The notes beneath the pieces are model-generated. The model was given only the letters and a program-made list of their open reading frames with translations. It made no database searches and was not told the origin of the DNA. Of a DNA stretch of 64,000 nucleotides, positions 55,823 through 64,000 are shown piece after piece; the stretch's first letter is position 1, and every line of letters begins with the position of its first letter. A program made the translations under genes and the position numbers. The stretch comes from an uncultured Spirochaetota bacterium (GTDB lineage: Bacteria > Spirochaetota > Spirochaetia > SZUA-6 > CAVTHK01): positions 352,001 through 416,000 of the forward strand of contig CAVTHK010000001.1 in assembly GCA_963734495.1 (NCBI GenBank), in the 5' to 3' direction.

Positions 55823-56857
55823 CTATAGTCCTGTCCCTTCATCCTGCTCATCGAGAACGAGCGCTTCGGGCGCTCGCTCCCAGGGCCGGCTCTCCTGCCA
55901 GCTCTCGATCCACGCCTCGGGCATGACCTGCGCGAGCCCGGCCATGTCGCCGAGGTAGCGGTCGAGCGCCGAGAGGCGCAGCTCGACTCCGGAAACGAAA
56001 AACGGGTTCGCGGCGGCGTACTCGCGGCGGACGAGCGGCTCGAGAATGTCCCAGTCGTTAGTGGCGACGCTCCCCCCGACGATGAACAGGCGCGTGTCGA
56101 AGAGCGTCGTCACGATCACCAGCGCGCGCGCGAACACGCGGGCGGCCCTGCCGATGACGGCGCGGGCCCTGCGGTCGCCGGCGCGGAAGCGGCGGAAGAC
56201 TTCGGGCGTGTCGACGCCGCGGCCGTACTGGCGCGCGATCGCAGGGCCGGCGACGAACGACTCGAGGTTCGCCGCCTGCTGCCAGCCGAGCTCGAGGCTG
56301 CGCTTGTCGTCGAGAGCCATCAGGATGTGGCCGATGTGCACCGCGTTGCTGTTCTTGCCGGTGAGCAGGTGGCCGTCGACATAGGCGCCCGCGCCGATGC
56401 CGGTGCTCCAGGTGACGTAGACGAGGTCGTCTTCGCCGCGGCCGGCGCCGAAGAGCCTCTCGGCCATCGCGGCGGTGATGCAGTCGTTGCCGATCTCCAC
56501 GCGCGGATAGCGCGCGCGCAGGTCCTGTTCGAGCGGGATCGCTTTCCAGTCGTTGGGGATCCGGATGCGGCTCCAGCCGAGGCCTCCGCAGAGGTTGGGC
56601 GCCACCACGACGCGGGTGCGGCCGCGCCGCTCGAAGGGGCTGCAGGTGCTCACGCCGACAGCCTGCACGGCCGCCTTGTCGACGCCGGCGTCGGCGCACG
56701 CGCGCGTGATCATCCAGTCGACCTGGCGAGGGAGAGCGTGCTCATCGCCTTGCAGGCGCGTGAGCTGGCGGACCTTGGCGAGGATGCCTTTCGCGTTGGA
56801 GATGCTCGCTGTGACTTTCGTGCCGCCGATGTCGACGGCGGCGAGAAGAGTTTCCAT
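55823..56857 (-). CDS. ROK family sugar kinase
   Basis: AVDIGGTK, IGNDC, ERLFGAGRG, WSTGIGAG, IGH. Confidence 0.85.
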   Translation of the reverse strand: METLLAAVDIGGTKVTASISNAKGILAKVRQLTRLQGDEHALPRQVDWMITRACADAGVDKAAVQAVGVSTCSPFERRGRTRVVVAPNLCGGLGWSRIRIPNDWKAIPLEQDLRARYPRVEIGNDCITAAMAERLFGAGRGEDDLVYVTWSTGIGAGAYVDGHLLTGKNSNAVHIGHILMALDDKRSLELGWQQAANLESFVAGPAIARQYGRGVDTPEVFRRFRAGDRRARAVIGRAARVFARALVIVTTLFDTRLFIVGGSVATNDWDILEPLVRREYAAANPFFVSGVELRLSALDRYLGDMAGLAQVMPEAWIESWQESRPWERAPEALVLDEQDEGTGL

Positions 56858-56966
56858 GCCGAGCGTGGTCCTACCACAGCCCACCGGGGGCGTCAACCCA
56901 ACCACAGGACGCGCGCTCGGCGGGCACCGGCCGGCACCGGCGGACACCGGTGAGGGCCCGCCCCAT

Positions 56967-57018
56967 CAAAAGCGCCGGAAATTCGAATTCCGCGAGACGG
57001 ATTTTCCGGTTTTTTTTG
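56967..57018. terminator. possible bidirectional intrinsic terminator
   Basis: CCGGAAA...TTTCCGG inverted repeat flanked by A4 and T8 tracts, downstream of the FGGY kinase. Confidence 0.45.
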
Positions 57019-57079
57019 TGGGTGGGCACCCCCAGTGGGCACCCTCAGCCGCCTCCCGCGCGCCCCCCCCAGGGCAGCG

Positions 57080-58615
57080 TCAGCCGGGCGAGGGCCTCGA
57101 CGACCCGAGGTCGAACGCGTCGTGCATGGGCTGGCGCAGCGCGTGGAAGCTCGCGTCGTAGAGCCGCGCGCCGGCCTCGTAGACCGCGGCGGTCTCGGGC
57201 CGGGGCGACCAGGTGCGCGACACCCGCACCATGGCATGCGACGCGGAGGCGATGTCCGGGTAGAGGCCGAGCCCTGCGGCAGCGAGCACCGCGCAGCCGA
57301 GGAGAGGCGCCTCGGGGACCTCCGTAAGCGCCAGCGGCACGCCGCAGGTGTCGGCGAGGATCTGCATGAAGAGCGGGCTCCGGGTCGCGCCGCCGCAGGC
57401 GACGAGGCGCTCCGGCCGCGCACCGGCCGGGGCCAGGGCGCGGAGGATCCCGCGGACGCCGTAGCCGATGCCTTCCATCAGGGCGCGGAAGATGCGACCG
57501 CGCGACGTGGCCAGCGACAGCCCCCAGAGGGCGCCGCGCACGCGGGAATCCGTGTAGGGCGTGCGGTTGCCCTGGAAGCTCTCGAGCGCGGTGAGGCCTC
57601 CGCTCCCGGCGGGCTCTCGCGCGGCCTCCTCGTCGAGCACGCGATAGGCGCTCTCGGCGGGCAGGTCGCGCGCCAGCTCCCGCCGGAACCAGGCGAGGAT
57701 CGACCCGGCCGAAGCCTGCCCCGCCTCGACCAGCTCGAGCCCGGGGATGATCGCGTCGGGGAAGGAGCCGAAAAAACCCGGCGCGTGGGCGCTCTCCCGG
57801 GTGAAGCCGGCGAGCACGTTCGACGAGCCCGCGATGAGCCCCATCGCGCCTGGTTCGACCACTCCGAGGCCGGGCAGGGCAACGAACGCGTCGCCTCCCC
57901 CCTCGATGACGGGAAGGCCTGCCGGCAGCCCGAGCGCCGACGCCGCTTCCCCGGTGAGCGCGCCGAAGCGCTCGCCGGCGGGCACGATCTCCCGCGGCAG
58001 CCGCCGCTCGATGTCGGAGGCGCCCATGGCCGCGAACAGGTCGCGCGGCCACAGCCATGCGCGGCCGTTATAGAGCCAGCGCTGGGTCGCAGTGTTGAGG
58101 GCGAGCGCGAGGCGACCGGTCAGGCGGCAGTTGAGCCAGTCGATGTATTCGACGAGCGTCGCGGTGGCGGCCCAGGTCTCCGGCTCGCGCTCGCGCAGCC
58201 ACAAGCTCTTCGGGAGCATCCACTCGGCGCTCATCCCCGCGGGCGTGTACTGGAGCGCAGCGTGGCCGGTGGCGGCCACTGCCTCAGCCTGGGCGGCAGC
58301 CCGCACGTCCATCCAGAGCAGAGCGGGGCGCACGGGCCGGCCCGCCGCGTCCAGGGGAACGAGCGTGCAGGTAGTGGCGTCCGCGCACAGGGCACCGATG
58401 CGCCCGGAGGGCGCGCTCCGCAGGCAGGCGCGCGCGGCGCGGCACAGGCTCGACCACCAGTCTTCGGGGCTCTGCTCGGCCCAGCCTTCGCCGGGGTAAC
58501 GCGTGGGATAGGTCTCGGCCGCCGAGGCCAGGAGCTTCCCGCGCAAATCAAAGAGGGCGACGCGGACGCTTTCGGTGCCGCCGTCTATCGCCAGGATCTG
58601 CTCTGCCGGCGCCAT
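57080..58615 (-). CDS. FGGY-family carbohydrate kinase (ribulokinase-like)
   Basis: AIDGGTESVR, WAEQSPEDWW, LLWMDVRA, GGGDA, FQGNRTPYTD, ACGGATRS. Confidence 0.9.
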   Translation of the reverse strand: MAPAEQILAIDGGTESVRVALFDLRGKLLASAAETYPTRYPGEGWAEQSPEDWWSSLCRAARACLRSAPSGRIGALCADATTCTLVPLDAAGRPVRPALLWMDVRAAAQAEAVAATGHAALQYTPAGMSAEWMLPKSLWLREREPETWAATATLVEYIDWLNCRLTGRLALALNTATQRWLYNGRAWLWPRDLFAAMGASDIERRLPREIVPAGERFGALTGEAASALGLPAGLPVIEGGGDAFVALPGLGVVEPGAMGLIAGSSNVLAGFTRESAHAPGFFGSFPDAIIPGLELVEAGQASAGSILAWFRRELARDLPAESAYRVLDEEAAREPAGSGGLTALESFQGNRTPYTDSRVRGALWGLSLATSRGRIFRALMEGIGYGVRGILRALAPAGARPERLVACGGATRSPLFMQILADTCGVPLALTEVPEAPLLGCAVLAAAGLGLYPDIASASHAMVRVSRTWSPRPETAAVYEAGARLYDASFHALRQPMHDAFDLGSSRPSPG

Positions 58616-58748
58616 GGCCGCGATGTTCAGGCTCAAATCGCCCACGTGTCAACGTGGCCCCTGCCAGCCGCGGGTTGCCCGCGGGCCCGCGAGGTCGTGT
58701 CGCTTGACTGCCGCGACGCCGGGTGCGTACGGTGGCCGGGGAGTATCC

Positions 58749-59927
58749 ATGCGCATCGACAGGCTGCGTCTCTTCGAAATTGAAGGTCACTGGTCCGGCA
58801 ACAGGTTCGGCGACGGGTGGCGCCAGGCCAGACCGATCGACATCTACCCGGAGTTCCGCGACCAGGAGGCGGGCCCGCGCGCGCCCGGAACGACCACGGC
58901 GATCTACCTCGAGATCACGACCGACGAGGGTGCCTCCGGCGTGTTCGGTCCTCTCGGCGAGTCCGCCGGGCAGATCCCGGTGATCCGCAGGGACCTCGCG
59001 CCTCTGCTTCGCGGCCGCGACCCCCTCGCCACGGAGCTGCTGCACGACCTGATGCTGCGGCTCGACCGCCACGGCCGATCGGGTCACTTCATGACCGCGG
59101 TCAGCGCGGTCGACTGCGCGCTGTGGGACCTCAAGGGCCGCGTCTGGGGCAAGCCCGTCTACCAGATCCTGGGCGGTCCGACGCGGCCGTCGGTCCCGGC
59201 CTACGCGAGCATGCTCGGCTACTCGCTCGAGCCCGGCAGGGCGGCCTCGACCGCCCGCGCCCTGGCAGAGCAGGGATTTGCCGCGCAGAAGTGGTTCTTC
59301 AGGCACGGGCCCGCAAGCGGCGAGAAGGGCCTGCGCGCCAACATCGCGATGGCCGAGGCGGTGCGCGGGGCGGTCGGACCCGACTACACGCTGATGTTCG
59401 ACGCCTTCATGAGCTGGGACCTCCCGTACGCGGTTCGGATGGCCCGCGCCCTCGAGCCCCTGTCGCCGTACTGGCTCGAGGAGCCGCTGCCGCCCGAGCA
59501 CGTCGGGGCCTTCCGCGAGCTGCGCGCCGCGGCTCGCGTTCCCATCGCCACCGGCGAGCACATCTACGGGCGGTGGCAGACGAAGGAGCTGCTCGAGAGC
59601 CGCGCCGTGGACGTGCTGCAGAACGACCCGCATTGGACCGGCGGCATCAGCGAGCTGGTCAAGGTGTGCGCGCTCGCTTCGTCGTTCGACGTCCCGGTCG
59701 TCGCGCACGGCCACGGGCTGCTCGCCGCGCTTCACGTCGCCGCTTCGCAGAGTGCCGCCACGGTCCCGTTCGTGGAGTACCTCCTCGGCCACCAGGAGTT
59801 CATCCAGCGCTTCCAGACGCCGTCGTATCGGCCCGATCGCGGCAGCATCGCCCTGCCGGCGGGCCCCGGCCTGGGGTTCGCGCTCGACGAGGCGAAGATC
59901 GAGAGCAGCCGCGACCTGGAACCATGA
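58749..59927 (+). CDS. mandelate racemase/enolase superfamily acid-sugar dehydratase-like
   Basis: AVSAVDCALWDLKG, LMFDA, WLEEP, TGEH, AHG, GPGLG. Confidence 0.88.
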   Translation: MRIDRLRLFEIEGHWSGNRFGDGWRQARPIDIYPEFRDQEAGPRAPGTTTAIYLEITTDEGASGVFGPLGESAGQIPVIRRDLAPLLRGRDPLATELLHDLMLRLDRHGRSGHFMTAVSAVDCALWDLKGRVWGKPVYQILGGPTRPSVPAYASMLGYSLEPGRAASTARALAEQGFAAQKWFFRHGPASGEKGLRANIAMAEAVRGAVGPDYTLMFDAFMSWDLPYAVRMARALEPLSPYWLEEPLPPEHVGAFRELRAAARVPIATGEHIYGRWQTKELLESRAVDVLQNDPHWTGGISELVKVCALASSFDVPVVAHGHGLLAALHVAASQSAATVPFVEYLLGHQEFIQRFQTPSYRPDRGSIALPAGPGLGFALDEAKIESSRDLEP

Positions 59928-59970
59928 CGGAAGCTTGAAACGGATGTCCGCACGGGGTATAGCTCAGCTC

Positions 59971-60975
59971 ATGCGCGGGCCCATGGTCGCGTCGCCTCTG
60001 TTGGCTGCTGCCTGCTGCGCCCTCATCCTCTCGGGCTGCGACTTCGCAGCCATGTCAGCGTTCCCGAGCACCCTTCCTCTTCTCCAGAAGACGCAGGACC
60101 TCTCGCGCTACGTGGGCGCCGACGATCTGAGGACTTCACGCCTCGACGTTCTCTCGACCGGCGGGCCGGACCGGCTTTTTCTCACGGTCTTTCGGCCCGA
60201 CGCGCCGACACGGCTGCTTGTCCTCGACGAGGACCTGAAGCTGCTGGCGGACTACGACGAGGAGAAGCTGCGCAGCACTCCCCCGAACACCTCGGGCAGC
60301 CTGGGCAGCACGGTCATGATCGACGCGAAGGGCGACTACGTGGCCGGCAACTTCGTCTTCGACGCCGCGCTGCAGCCGATTCTCTCGACGAGCGACGCGG
60401 TCCCCGGCACTCCCTCGAACGCGGCGGGCGTCGCGCACCTCCCTGGGGTCGCCAACTACCTGATGTGGGTGGACAACTCGACGGACCCGGCGCTCCTGCA
60501 GGTGCTCAAGCGTGACCCGGGGTGGAGCGCTCCGTCCTCGTTCAGCCCTCAGCTTGCCCCGCGGGCCTGGTCGCTTTCGCTCCAACGCGTCGTGCGCACC
60601 TATGTCGCGCCTGAGACCTACTTCTTCGTCTTCGGCGCCTACAGCAATGTGATCGTCCTCGCGATTCCCGCCGCCGCCTTCGAGAGCAGCTCACCGACGC
60701 AGCCTCTCGTGAACACCGTGGCGCCCGTCTCGTACCCCTGGTTCGTCATTCAGAACGCGAGGGCGGAGACGGCCTGGTTTACCACGGACGGTTTTGTCGT
60801 GCGCACCAACCAAGGCCAACGGCAACTCTGGGGCGACGGCGGATTGGTCGCTTCCTACGACCCCCGTGATCACGGACCCTCCGACGTGGAGGAGGCCTAC
60901 TCTCCGCTCGGCAAGCATTACTACCGGTTCGACAGACAGCTCAAGGAGCTCTCGAAGCTCAAGGTCTGGTGGTAG
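59971..60975 (+). CDS. hypothetical lipoprotein
   Basis: Hydrophobic signal ending LSGC; coding-like long ORF; promoter-like TTGAAA-17-TATAGC 7 nt before the ATG. Confidence 0.65.
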   Translation: MRGPMVASPLLAAACCALILSGCDFAAMSAFPSTLPLLQKTQDLSRYVGADDLRTSRLDVLSTGGPDRLFLTVFRPDAPTRLLVLDEDLKLLADYDEEKLRSTPPNTSGSLGSTVMIDAKGDYVAGNFVFDAALQPILSTSDAVPGTPSNAAGVAHLPGVANYLMWVDNSTDPALLQVLKRDPGWSAPSSFSPQLAPRAWSLSLQRVVRTYVAPETYFFVFGAYSNVIVLAIPAAAFESSSPTQPLVNTVAPVSYPWFVIQNARAETAWFTTDGFVVRTNQGQRQLWGDGGLVASYDPRDHGPSDVEEAYSPLGKHYYRFDRQLKELSKLKVWW

Positions 60976-60986
60976 AGAGGGTGCCC

Positions 60987-61796
60987 GTGCGTTACGCCGT
61001 CTGCAACGAGCTCTTCCAGGATCTTCCATTTGAAGAAGGCTGCCGCCTCACCGCCGCCGCCGGCTTTACCGGCCTCGAGATCGCTCCCTTCACCCTGGAC
61101 AAGGACCCCGGCAGGCTCTCCCGCGCACGGGCCGCAGAGCTTCGCCGCATCATGGAGGCGGCGGGCCTCGCATGCGCGGGCATGCACTGGCTGCTCGCCG
61201 CGCCCGAGGGGCTGCACGTGACCACGGACGACGCCGCGGTGCGCACCCGCTCGTGGGACACGCTGAAGCGCCTGGCGCGGCTCTGCGGGTGGCTCGGCGG
61301 CAAGGTGATGGTGTTCGGCTCGCCGAAGCAGCGCACCGCCGAGGGGATCGGCGTGGAGCTGGGGCGGGAGCGCTTCGTCGAGGGGCTGCGCTCGATCGCG
61401 CCGGCCCTCGAACATGCGGGAGTCAAGCTCCTCGTAGAGGCGCTCTCGCCCGAGCAGACGAACCTGATCACGACCTTTGCCGAGGCGAGAGAGATCATCG
61501 CCGCCGTGGCGAGTCCGTGGGTCAGGGGCATGTTCGACTTCCACAACGCCCGCGAAGAGACGCTTGCGCCCGCCCGCCTCATCGACGAAAGCTTCGAGCT
61601 GATCGAGCACGTGCATCTGAACACGCGAGAGGGCAGCTACCCCAGGGAGCCCGAGCCGGCGTTGCGCGACGCGTTCGCCGTGCTTCGGCGGCGCGGATAC
61701 TCCGGCTGGGCCTCGCTCGAGATCTTCCATTTCGACGAGCCGCCGGGCAGGGTTCTCGAGGCCACGATGAGGACCATCCGTTCGCTCGAGGCGTAG
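60987..61796 (+). CDS. sugar phosphate isomerase/epimerase (ketose 3-epimerase-like TIM barrel)
   Basis: GLEIAPF, VFGSPKQR, VEALS..TN, FDFHN, HVHLN, SLEIF. Confidence 0.85.
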   Translation: MRYAVCNELFQDLPFEEGCRLTAAAGFTGLEIAPFTLDKDPGRLSRARAAELRRIMEAAGLACAGMHWLLAAPEGLHVTTDDAAVRTRSWDTLKRLARLCGWLGGKVMVFGSPKQRTAEGIGVELGRERFVEGLRSIAPALEHAGVKLLVEALSPEQTNLITTFAEAREIIAAVASPWVRGMFDFHNAREETLAPARLIDESFELIEHVHLNTREGSYPREPEPALRDAFAVLRRRGYSGWASLEIFHFDEPPGRVLEATMRTIRSLEA

Positions 61797-61880
61797 TCAG
61801 CTCACGCGCTCCAGCCCCGGCGCCGCCGTTTGCGCCCGTTCCCGCGGCCGCGTAAGCTACGGGTGCGAGGGGGAGGCACC

Positions 61881-62396
61881 ATGGATTTCCACGAGCTCGT
61901 GCGCAACCGCGAGAGCATTCGCAGCTACGATCCCGGGCGGCCGCTCGATCGCGCCGTCCTGGAGCGGATTGCCGAGGCGGGCCGGCTCGCGCCTTCGGCC
62001 GCCAACCGCCAGCCGTGGCGCTTCGTGGTGTTCTCCTCGCCCGCGGCGCTCGAGCGCGTGCGGCGCTGCTACACGCGGCCCTGGTTCCGCGACGCGCCGC
62101 ACGTGCTGGCCGTGGTCGGCGACCCGCGCGAGGCCTGGGAGCGCGGAGACGGGTACAACTCGATCGAGACCGACCTGACGATCGCGATGGACCACATGAT
62201 CCTGGCCGCGGAGAGCGAGGGCGTCGGCACCTGCTGGATCGCGGCCTACGACCCGCGAGAGCTGCGCGCAGCTCTCGCTCTCGAGGAGCACGAGCGCGTG
62301 TTCGCCATCACGCCGCTGGGCTACCCGCGCCCGGGCTTCCGGAAGAAAGGAACCAAGGAGCGCAGGCCGCTGTCGGAGGTGCTGCAGGTCATATAG
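61881..62396 (+). CDS. nitroreductase family protein
   Basis: RESIRSY, LAPSAANRQPWRF, GVGTCWI, PLGYP; GGAGG SD. Confidence 0.9.
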   Translation: MDFHELVRNRESIRSYDPGRPLDRAVLERIAEAGRLAPSAANRQPWRFVVFSSPAALERVRRCYTRPWFRDAPHVLAVVGDPREAWERGDGYNSIETDLTIAMDHMILAAESEGVGTCWIAAYDPRELRAALALEEHERVFAITPLGYPRPGFRKKGTKERRPLSEVLQVI

Positions 62397-62416
62397 GCGC
62401 TTCACGCAGGCGCGGG

Positions 62417-64000
62417 CTACGCCCGCAGGTGCTCTTCGGTGTAGAGCGACAGCTCGACCAGCCGCTCGAGGAGCTCCCCGGGCTCGAACCCGCGGAAGTT
62501 CCGCAGCACCAGCTCCTTGGCGAAGAGGCGGCAGATGTACTTGAGCTTGCGCGGCTTCTGCTGCGATGCATAGACGTAGTCGCGGTGCCCGTTGTTGATC
62601 ACCACGAGGTTGTTCTTCTCGTCGAAGCGCGAGCGCCACAGCTCGGCCGGCGCGCGCTGAAACGTGTAGCCGGGAAGCCCCTTGTCGGAAGGCTTGTCCC
62701 CCTGCCTCGGCGAATCGACGAGCGTGTCGGTAACGGTCACCAGGCTCTCGGCCGTGCAGGAGAGCTCGCCCTGGGTGACCCTGGCCTGCAGGATCGTCAG
62801 CCCGGGCTCTTCGGGGGCGAGGAACGCCACGATCTCCCCGCTCGTCGACGAGAGGCTCCCTTCGCCCTGCCGGATGGACCACTGGATCGCGACGTTCTCT
62901 TCGACTGTGCGGCGCGAACGGTCGCGAGGGATGCAGCGGAAGGAGCTTTCCGACCGCACCTTGACGACGGCCGAAGCGGGCGAGATGACGGAGGCGTACA
63001 GCGGACCCGGATACTCGTAGAAGCTGCGGGCGCCGGCCTGCTCCATCGCGGCGGGCGGCTCCGCAACCGCGATCCCCTCGGCGGGCGCCGCCTCCGCTTC
63101 GCCGCGCTCCTCGAACAGCCCGTCGCCGCGGCGTTTTGCCTTCTTCAGGCCTTCGCCGTAGATGTCGAACCAGTCGTAGTCCTCGCGAGCGAGGGCGAGA
63201 AGGGCCTCTTTAAAGGCGCGCTGGACGGACTTGAGGACGTTGCGGCTGGCTTCTTCTTCTTCACTGTCCTTTTCCTGTTCGACGATCTCTTCGAGCTTCT
63301 CCTCGACGGGCTCGAGGGCGCGTACCAGCTCTTCGTAGCTGGCGTCCTGGATGATGCCCTCGCGCGTTCCCGGGGTCAGCTGCAGAAAGGGCGCCTCGAC
63401 CATCCCCTGCAGGTAGCCGGAGGTCCACGGCTCGCGGTCGAAGCGGTCGAGACGGGAGATCGAGTCGAGCACCCGCGTGCCGGCGCGGTAGAGGCCGATC
63501 AGGTTCGACGGCGAAGGACGGTTCAGGTAGAGCTCCAGGTAGACCTCGCCCAGCGGCGTCTGCACCACGTCGAGCTCGCGCAGGTGGCGTCCGGTGAACT
63601 CGACGGGCACGACCTCGAGCTCCTTGCGCGCGTTGCGATCCTTGATGGCGATCCTTACGCCCGAGCGCTTGATGCGGTCGCGCAGCTCCGAGGCGAGATA
63701 GTGCTGGATGCGCTCGCCGCTCAGCCCTCGGATGCCCGGCAGCAGCGGCCGGATCACGAGCTCTGTGCCGTTCTGCGGGAACAGCGAGCGGCGCGGCGTG
63801 ATCGCGTAGCTCTGCTGCTCGCGCTGCATCTCCATCTGGTAGACCCTGCCGTCGGCCGCGGAAGAGGCCAGGAGCAGCCGCTCGCCGACGGTCCAGAAGC
63901 TCAGCAGCCCGATCCCGAACTCGCCCTGGATGCCCTGGGCGCCGCGGCGCTTGAGCTGCCGCTTGATCGAATCGCAGATGTGTGTGGCGACGTAGGCGAA
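62417..64000 (-). CDS. GHKL (HATPase/Hsp90/MORC-like) ATP-binding protein, 5' end outside the window
   Basis: Frame is open to the window edge: ...HICDSIKRQLK...GIQGEFGIGLLSFW (G2-box-like), followed by a transducer-like region, an Ig-like segment and INNGHRDY. Confidence 0.7.
   Translation of the reverse strand, partial: FAYVATHICDSIKRQLKRRGAQGIQGEFGIGLLSFWTVGERLLLASSAADGRVYQMEMQREQQSYAITPRRSLFPQNGTELVIRPLLPGIRGLSGERIQHYLASELRDRIKRSGVRIAIKDRNARKELEVVPVEFTGRHLRELDVVQTPLGEVYLELYLNRPSPSNLIGLYRAGTRVLDSISRLDRFDREPWTSGYLQGMVEAPFLQLTPGTREGIIQDASYEELVRALEPVEEKLEEIVEQEKDSEEEEASRNVLKSVQRAFKEALLALAREDYDWFDIYGEGLKKAKRRGDGLFEERGEAEAAPAEGIAVAEPPAAMEQAGARSFYEYPGPLYASVISPASAVVKVRSESSFRCIPRDRSRRTVEENVAIQWSIRQGEGSLSSTSGEIVAFLAPEEPGLTILQARVTQGELSCTAESLVTVTDTLVDSPRQGDKPSDKGLPGYTFQRAPAELWRSRFDEKNNLVVINNGHRDYVYASQQKPRKLKYICRLFAKELVLRNFRGFEPGELLERLVELSLYTEEHLRA

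Overview
GC-rich bacterial chromosomal window of about 55 genes. It is possibly from a Spirochaetota genome (inferred from the 'ASGGGE'/'ASGSSE' N-termini of the substrate-binding proteins). It has no rRNA, tRNA, CRISPR array, phage or transposase that I can support. Contents, left to right: divergent GH29/GH95 fucosidases, a vapBC pair, a nitrilase, metR/metE, GH5, a P3A-type H+-ATPase, namZ, carB coupled to a stand-alone GMP-synthase-B-like ATP pyrophosphatase, a TetL-like MFS behind a structured leader, a MurNAc/peptidoglycan recycling locus (ABC importer, BadF-type kinase, AmiE-like hydrolase, murQ with a 48-bp C-terminal tandem repeat), a methyltransferase + GH3 acyl-amido synthetase + multi-TM hybrid histidine kinase operon, an osmoprotectant ABC system, an overlapping REC-TrxR-like / cNMP-histidine kinase / Cys-motif adenylate cyclase / MFS operon, an AhpD-like + adenylate cyclase pair, sugar catabolic enzymes and a truncated GHKL ATPase. 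The best candidates for undescribed systems are the GH3 signal-synthase/receptor operon and the two redox-coupled cyclic-nucleotide modules. Many genes appear leaderless. Six +1 frameshifts suggest assembly indels. All calls come from motif recognition only; no searches were run.
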